A DNA stretch of 63,758 bases, counting the filler, from Malassezia furfur (Eukaryota), in the NCBI GenBank assembly GCA_052055015.1. It is 5 parts of 5 records of this genome, joined end to end, with 100 filler letters (N's around TTAATTAATTAA, not from the genome) between each part and the next. Parts side by side here need not be neighbours in the genome. Positions count along the whole stretch, not along the records: positions 51,122 to 63,758 come from JBQJIT010000332.1; 4 more parts are not named here. One strand, given 5' to 3'. Below, in pieces: positions 56,721-63,758 of this stretch. The notes below the pieces were generated by a model. It searched no databases. It was not told where the DNA came from and saw only the letters and a list, made by a program, of their open reading frames with translations. Made by a program: the position numbers and the translations under genes. How positions within the stretch are numbered: the first letter of the stretch is position 1; each line of letters starts with the position of its first letter.

Positions 56721-58243
56721 ATGACCAACGATTCAGGAGTGGCTCGTGTCAAACCCAACCCGGCCCACAACGATGGTGTTAAGACTGGTCGTTCGCACTC
56801 GGGTCACCGTCATGCACACGCTGTAGGCCATACTGAATCGCGGCCGGGTTCGACACCTGTCAATCCTCTACGTGAATCGCTGCATGCATTATCGCGCGAG
56901 CTTGCAGATGGGTCGCGTCAGATCAACCAAACCACATTCTTCGTCCTATTGGTCAAGGTTCCTATGGTGTGGTGTACCTTGGACAAGTCCGGGATGAGAC
57001 CGATTACCTCGTGGCCATCAAAGAGTTTGGGAAGATGCGTCTGCACCGCAATCTCCGTGTTTCTCAGCATCGTCGGATGCGCATTCCTCAAAAAGTTCTG
57101 CATTACAGTGCGGAAGACGAAGAACGCGATCCTCTCTTTCTCGTGCGCACGGAGGTGGCTATAATGAAGAAGCTTCGTCATCCTAACGTTATTCGGCTTT
57201 ATGAGGTGTTGGAGGATTCTGAGCACGACAATCTGTACATGGTCTTTGAGTATTGCGCAAATGGTGCCATCTACAATGTCAAGCCTGGTGAGCATACTCC
57301 TCCGCTTTCAGAAACGACCGCGCGCAAGTATTTCGGTCAAGTTCTCAGTGGGATTGACTATTTACACGAGCATGGAATTGTGCATCGTGACATCAAACCC
57401 GACAACATTCTTCTTACCAACAACGGCGAAACCTGCAAAATCGTCGACTTTGGCGTCTCGAAGATGTTTATGAAGTCGAGCGACTACACGATGTTCCTCG
57501 AGGCAGGGAGCCCTGCTTTTATGAGCCCTGCTCTGTGTAAGGGTGGCCATCGAGAGTCAGACGGCTGCCCTGACGATGTCTGGGCCTTTGGCGTTACCCT
57601 TTATTGTATGGTGTCGGGTCATTTGCCCTTCTTCAAAGATGCGCTTATGGACCTATACGATTCCATCCAGAACGATCCATTGGTTCTAGGCGACCACCTG
57701 TCTCTGGAATGTCGCGATTTGCTTTCGCGCATGCTTGACAAGAACGAGAAAACACGCATTACCATTCCTGAAATTTACAATCGCCAATGGGTGAACCAGC
57801 CAGGTGCACCGCCCATCCCCACTCTGGAGGAAATCGAAAACGACATGGTCGAGGAGATTACGGGAGAAGATATGCAGTGCGCTATCTGTCGCATGTCGAG
57901 TGTTTTCGCCGTTGCGCGCGCCGTTTCAAGGTTTAAACGCCGCAGCACCGTACGCAGCGACTCAGACTCCTTCTCGGATTCCAACGTCAACCCCGCACGC
58001 AAAAGAGATGACTTCTTTGTGACACCCAAACGAGTTGATTCTCCCGCACAAGCGGACGATCAACCGTCGGACGCTGATGCAACATCGCCATCTACATTGC
58101 AGTTACTGGAGGGCAAGGATCGCTGGATCGATTCGCCGCCTGTTTCAGACCAGTTGAACGTCTTGTCAAAAACCGGCAAGCCTGAGGAAGACCCACAGAT
58201 CGACAACTTGGTGATCTGCTCCTCTCCAACTGAAGAACCGTGA
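56721..58243 (+). CDS. CaMKK-family Ser/Thr kinase with an apparent 1-nt deletion at ~56930
   Basis: RQINQ in one frame continues as HILRPIGQGSYGVV in another. Also VAIKEF, EVAIMKKLRHPN, HRDIKPDN, DFGVS, GSPAFMSP. Confidence 0.85.
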
Positions 58244-58425
58244 TCATTTTCTCTCATTACATTGTCCACCTCTGAGACCAGAGTGCGCCGTGTTCATGGT
58301 GCTCTCCCTTAACCATACCTTCATCAACTGAATTCATCAAACACCCCATCATTTTTGCATGCATCAATAATTCAAGGCTAGTGCCCTATAAATGCACGAT
58401 TTCATTATGACATCAATATCATCAA

Positions 58426-58972
58426 TCACTTTTTCGGACCGCCGAGCTGGTTGTTAGCATTCATATACACGTTGATAGCAACATACAGGTGCGCCAATGT
58501 CCTTGCCTGAAAGGTCAGCTTCATAGAATCATACGTACCACGCAGTTTCACGCCAAGAACACGCTCCATCTTTGCAAGGATCTGGGGGTTGGGAATCGCC
58601 TTGCCGCTCTCGTATTCTGCAATCACGTTGGGCTTTTCATTGATCTTGGTGCCAAGTTCCTTTTGGGTCAGACCTTTCGCCTGGCGGCCCTGGCCAATCG
58701 ACTTGCCAACCGTCGGCGGCACCCTAGGAGGGGGGGCCACTTCATTCTCACGGTCTAGTTTGGCAATGCGCTGGTGGTCCGTACCCTGGTGTGCCTTGTT
58801 GGTGCCAGCGGCGGCTAAACGTAAGCTAACAATACGCACTCTTGCGGTCGTTTTCTTTCACAGCACCAACCTGCTTGGCACGCTCAAGTGCAGTGGGCCC
58901 ACGCGGCGCACTGCTACCGCCACCGGGGCGCACCTTCTGACCGATAACAACAGTTTGATCCCAAGCCGACAT
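58426..58972 (-). CDS. MBF1: Multiprotein-bridging factor 1
   Basis: [51 protein letters not shown]. Introns at 58815-58839, 58507-58538 and 58447-58486. Confidence 0.93.
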
Positions 58973-59113
58973 AGTTCCTGGTGGTAACGGAAAGAGACAC
59001 CCTAGGGTTCCCCACGGTGGAGGCCGCCACCGGGGTTGGCAGCGCCACGTGGGTAGCCTTCGACGTCATTCCATAACGAAGTGGTTGCAACATAGGTGTG
59101 AGGTATATCCAAA

Positions 59114-60605
59114 TTATGGCCGCAAGTTCAAGGCGAACGCTTGAGTGCCCTCTACGATTCGAGGTTTGAGATATACGCGTGTTTGTTCCCATTGGTCATG
59201 GCCATACTGTCGCGCAATCCCGGCTAGCATCATATAGCTCCTCCAAATATTGGTCTTGCGATGGATATTGGGGTCGGGCTGTTGGAAGCCTGCTGTTATG
59301 CTAGCCGTCGTGTCTGGATCGAGCAGCAAAACAGACTCTACCCAGTGGAGATTTTTGTCATCAGACGGGGTAGCTTCGTTATCCAAGTGCGCATACTCTC
59401 CGTACACCATGCATTTGAATTCAGGTCGCACTGGTATCCGTAGGTAGGACCGGCGCACAATGTATTCTGAACGTGCACGGACCCGTGGTACAAGGCCCTG
59501 TGCCATCACACGAAGCCAAAAAACATCGAACATGACACCAAAGCTTCGCAGTGATGGTGGGATTTTGTTTTTCGGTTCCCCTGTCAGCAAGGCTCGCAGG
59601 GCCATGCTGTCATCACGCTGAACCGCATGATATGCTGTTTGCGCAAAATCGAGATAAACATTTGTTTCTGTATCCATGTTGGATTTTGTCCTCATGGAGG
59701 CTTTGCGTTGCAGATATTCTTGCAAGAATTCAGGGCGATGCGAACACAGTGATTCCATCAACCAAATGGCCTCAAATAAGCGCCGACGTGTATCTTGAGG
59801 ATCCTGGTTGTTCCTCGTACTGAGCCATGGTCTAACCGGTATTGGTTCTTTGTGAAAGAGCGCGTTTAGGTTCTGGACAGTTTGGCATAGCTTCTCATCA
59901 GGTGTAGATTTTGAACCAAGGTTGCCATAAACATCGTAATTCAGGCGAGTAATACTTGTTGCTAGCTGCGAAACATCCCCACACAGGATGGACACAAGAA
60001 CAGAGAGCTCATAAACTGAATGAGAGTTTGCTCGTACCATCAATAGTGAGTGAGTCGTATCGCGCATTTGACATTATTCCCTCACGCAGTTTTCGTATCG
60101 ACAAAAGAATTTCTTGCAGTTCATCTCGGGCCCTTCGCACACTACCCCTTCCATGGTCCTTCAGCATTTCCACAACAACAAATGGTGAACCCTGCATGAG
60201 TTCAGGCATTGCCACATCCAACAAGCTAATGCACGATGGACTTCGCTGGCTGTATTTTTCAATCTTACGGTCAAGGTTTACGCACGCACCTTTTCCGTGA
60301 TGAATTTTCGGAATTCATTCTGTACCTCGACTTGAGATAAACTTACTGTCATTAATGTACACGTACTTGGCAGAGATACCAGGAGGGTTAGAGTGTATGC
60401 CGAGCATGGAACTGTCTACCACAGTGTCCATGCCGCGCGACGGACTCGCCAGCAATTCCATAGGGTTCTGGTCCGCTTTTGAAGCAAGGAATCGAGCGTT
60501 TCGCTGCTTCATAACATTTTCACGGCCGCCGGTGCTTTCTCTGAGATTACCCAGTCTGGCCGTAGACCTGTTGCCGCAACCACGACCATGGCCTTGCCCC
60601 GCCAT
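59114..60605 (-). CDS. Uncharacterised fungal protein, possibly PCI/SAC3-GANP-like helical repeat
   Basis: Introns at 60342-60366, 60264-60289 and 60016-60037 fuse three ORF-track pieces into one frame containing VQNEFRKFITEK, ILLSIRKLREGI, DVYELS. The family call is weak. Confidence 0.6.
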
Positions 60606-60687
60606 CGTGGAAGTCCGTGCTTTGTAGTGACGTGGAGGTGGAGAATAAATTTTATGTGGAGATGCACACGCATTGGCGCATCGTCCT

Positions 60688-61308
60688 CTACGACAGTGTT
60701 AGAGTTCCGTCACCCCGGAGCGAAACATGAAGATTTTCGAGAAGCGAGGACTTGACGGACTTGGAGTCCTTGCCAGTAGATTCCGAAAGTTGCTTAACTA
60801 GCTTTTTCAACGACATCTCCTTTCCATTTTTGGAACTTGTAAGCGCGGACTTCAACGCGTCGACGTTCACTTCAAATGCAGTTTTTGACTCTTTCTTGGT
60901 CACCTTTTCTTGGCCTGATTCAAGTTTGCGCTTTTTATTTTTTCCTGCGCTCGCATTCGTATCTTCCTTCGTCTCTTCAGTATGCGACAGAGCGGGCTTG
61001 GGGGTATCCTCTGGCTTGACCGTAGTCATCGAAGATCCATGGTTAGACTGCGTACTATTCTGTGCCTTTCCATTGGATTTTTTGCCCTTGTACAAGCTGC
61101 TCGTGTCAGTATGCGAGGATGATACTTAGGCGTACCTTTTCTGGTATTTCTCGTCCTCGGTGATGCACGAAGTGTGAGCTTCTTGCGGCGACGCAAATTG
61201 CACACTACAGTCAAGGCAGGTAAATGGTGCATAGCATCGCTTGTAATGCTGTGCGAGTTTAGGTTTCTTGACTACGTCGCCACATCCGTCACAATTAAAC
61301 GACACCAT
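60688..61308 (-). CDS. LYAR-type C2HC zinc-finger nucleolar protein
   Basis: MVSFNCDGCGDVVKKPKL..H...C..FTCLDC..HTSCITEDEKYQ, Lys-rich tail. Intron at 61097-61135. Confidence 0.92.
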
Positions 61309-62100
61309 TGCTGCCAAATTCTTCTGTGCGTATGCGAGATTTCTTCTAAGCTAAGCGAGACGTAGATACCTCCACTTTTCTACGATGGTCCATTCTTCTA
61401 ATGTGATCGGCCGACGTATGCAAGCCCTCATGCAAGTCGTCCCCTTACATCGAAGCGAGAACGAATATCTGCGCAGGGACTAGGGAGTGCATACATGCCT
61501 ACTACAGATGATACGCCAAGGTACATTTGCCTTCATTGGATTACCCTGATCTACTCCTGCCTTTTAGGCTGTGTTTCCTGACTGTCCATGGCCCGCAGCC
61601 CACCCCTTCCAGCATCCCCGCATAAAGTTAATTCTGGGACCGTTTGGCAAACTCTGATATGCCAAAATCCCATGTCAGCTCGCCGATTGTCAATGCGCAC
61701 GTATGCCGGCTGAGACATGCAGGTTGCGATTAAATTTGATTACTCGGCTGAGCATGCATTTAGCGGTATATCGGCAAGCTCTCCCCCCCGCTTTATGCGC
61801 GCTTTACCCCTATACAGCAGAATTAGTAATTTTTGCGTGCAAGGCCTCATGCTCTTCGCTGGCTTGGCTGTACGGGCCATGCCGTGCCGACCTGTGCACG
61901 GAGTCTGTCACATATTCGTCCCTGCCTGATTTTAAGCACAGCGAATATAACGGGGACCGTTCACGCGATCCTATCGTGCCCTTCGCTGTCCCCATACCTT
62001 AGCCTCTCGGTTGCTACTCTTCTGTAACAACCGTAGGTCAGCTTTTGGCGTTAGGCAATCGTTCTGGCCTCCGTTAAATTGGAAGGTTGTCAGTTTCATC

Positions 62101-63549
62101 ATGTCTCAGGCGGTACCTGCGCTCAACGCGTACCCCAACCGGCACAGTTTCTATGGCTGGCCCAAGAACAGTCAGTCTGCAGCTGTGCAGCCGATGGCAC
62201 CTATACCCTCGCAGCAGGCTGCTTGCTCTGCCTCTACCAACGGCCCGACATTGACGAACAAGCCAAGGATGCGGCATTCCACTGCGGTACCTCTGCAAGT
62301 CTCTCAAATGTACCAGGAAAAACCTGTCCTAGTGTCCCGCAAAAAGACACCGCCTCGGATCAACCGCATCCTCAATAACGCTGCTTTGGAAGAAACGGAG
62401 TATCAACCGGAAATTTTGGAGCACATGCATGCCATGGAAAAGCAGACTATGGCTACCGTTGAGCTCATGAATGTCCAGCCGGAGCTCCACTGGTTCATGC
62501 GCCCCTACCTTGTCGATTTTCTGATCGAGATTCATCAATCCTTCCGTCTCCGACCCGAGACGCTATACCTTACGATGAACATGGTCGACCGCTACGTCTC
62601 GAAGCGTATCGTGTACAAGCGTCACTACCAATTGGTGGGCTGCGCAGCACTGCTGATTGCTGCCAAGTTTGAAGATGCGAAAGACCGCGTACCTACGGTA
62701 CAAGAACTGAGTCAAATGTGCTGCAATGCCTATGACACCAGTGCTTTTACACAAATGGAAGGTCACGTTCTCTCAACGCTGGACTGGACGCTAGGTCATC
62801 CGACTGCTGAGAGCTGGCTCCGCTACGAGTACACTCAGGCTCCCCCTGCCAATGCAAGCACGCACAGTGTTGCGCGATTCCTCCTTGAAGTGACCCTGTT
62901 CCACCAAAGCTTTATTAGCACTCTTCCATCCTCGCTGGCGGCCGGTGCGATGCTCCTTGCCCGTCACATCTGCCGTGATCCGCGCCCGTTGCAGCAGCCT
63001 GCTGGTCGTGTTGCTGTAACTGCTGCGAACCAAATCTATGCTTTCATTGCGAAACACATCACTGATTTGTCGCTCATCCTCATTAAAAAGTACTCGTACG
63101 TCTGCTACAGCGAGGCGTCGAATATTGTTCTCGAATGGTTCCGCAAGCGTGCAGCCATGAGTAAGACGAATGAGTTGAGCGGCGGTCGGTACCGCCAGGA
63201 GACATACTCGAGTGATGAAGATGGTGACTCGATGTGCTCCAACTCCACCGACCCCTCGGTTTTCTCCACCCCATCCCGCTCCATGACGCGTGATGACGAT
63301 GAAGATGAAAGTCTCCCTGTCACTCCTTTGTCGCTGAACTCTATTCACGACCCAAGCATGCATTCTATGCCGTCCTATCGTTCGAACCCCTCCGCCCCAA
63401 ACACGAAACGACCTTCTCAAGGATTGGCTGATCCGAGACAGTCTGTTTCTGCGCCATGGATGAACGTGAACCATCTTAAGCCCGTGGCCAGGCATCCCTC
63501 CCGACACCCCATGGACGTGGACATGGACATGGCGGACAAGTCGAAATAA
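62101..63549 (+). CDS. G1-type cyclin (Cln/Puc1-like)
   Basis: QPELHWFMRPYLVDFLIEIH, ETLYLTMNMVDRYVSKR, YQLVGCAALLIAAKFED, PEST-like Ser/Thr/Pro/acidic tail. Confidence 0.92.
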   Translation: MSQAVPALNAYPNRHSFYGWPKNSQSAAVQPMAPIPSQQAACSASTNGPTLTNKPRMRHSTAVPLQVSQMYQEKPVLVSRKKTPPRINRILNNAALEETEYQPEILEHMHAMEKQTMATVELMNVQPELHWFMRPYLVDFLIEIHQSFRLRPETLYLTMNMVDRYVSKRIVYKRHYQLVGCAALLIAAKFEDAKDRVPTVQELSQMCCNAYDTSAFTQMEGHVLSTLDWTLGHPTAESWLRYEYTQAPPANASTHSVARFLLEVTLFHQSFISTLPSSLAAGAMLLARHICRDPRPLQQPAGRVAVTAANQIYAFIAKHITDLSLILIKKYSYVCYSEASNIVLEWFRKRAAMSKTNELSGGRYRQETYSSDEDGDSMCSNSTDPSVFSTPSRSMTRDDDEDESLPVTPLSLNSIHDPSMHSMPSYRSNPSAPNTKRPSQGLADPRQSVSAPWMNVNHLKPVARHPSRHPMDVDMDMADKSK

Positions 63550-63758
63550 ACTGCCACAGTCGTCCTTCTTTTCCTATAACGCCATAATGTTAACCGATTC
63601 GCTTGCTTGCGGACCATTACATTACATTTTTCGTTGGGCCTTGTCCTGTGCATAAACACGACCCAAGGTCATTGTTAGATGCATGGAAGCCCAGGTCGTA
63701 TGTTAGGCAATCATAAGTATATTGCAGGTTAGCCGCCTAAAGACTGTCAACTGTCGAG

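Overview
This is eukaryotic, gene-dense fungal DNA. High GC, tiny intergenic spaces, many 21-40 nt GT-AG introns and the protein families point to a Malassezia-like basidiomycete yeast (taxon inferred, not proven). The window is not one locus. It is five unrelated contigs (12754, 12669, 12651, 12647 and 12637 bp, in descending size) joined by artificial N44-TTAATTAATTAA-N44 spacers. I can support about 48 mostly housekeeping protein-coding genes or fragments, many needing splice models the ORF track misses, plus one intron-containing tRNA-Gln(UUG). I see no mobile element, CRISPR array or biosynthetic gene cluster. Best leads: (1) a mitochondrial-presequence/TM ORF overlapping URA6 out of frame, a candidate +1 recoding or dual-targeting locus; (2) about 60 hand-called introns, roughly two-thirds only 21-26 nt; (3) two similar 61-nt QCR9 introns, each with a hairpin between branch point and 3' splice site; (4) CACGTG recurring in very short promoters; (5) a 62-aa YABBY/HMG-like microprotein; (6) a mitochondrial ThrRS with a degenerate editing site. 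All splice models and family calls were made by eye, without database searches.
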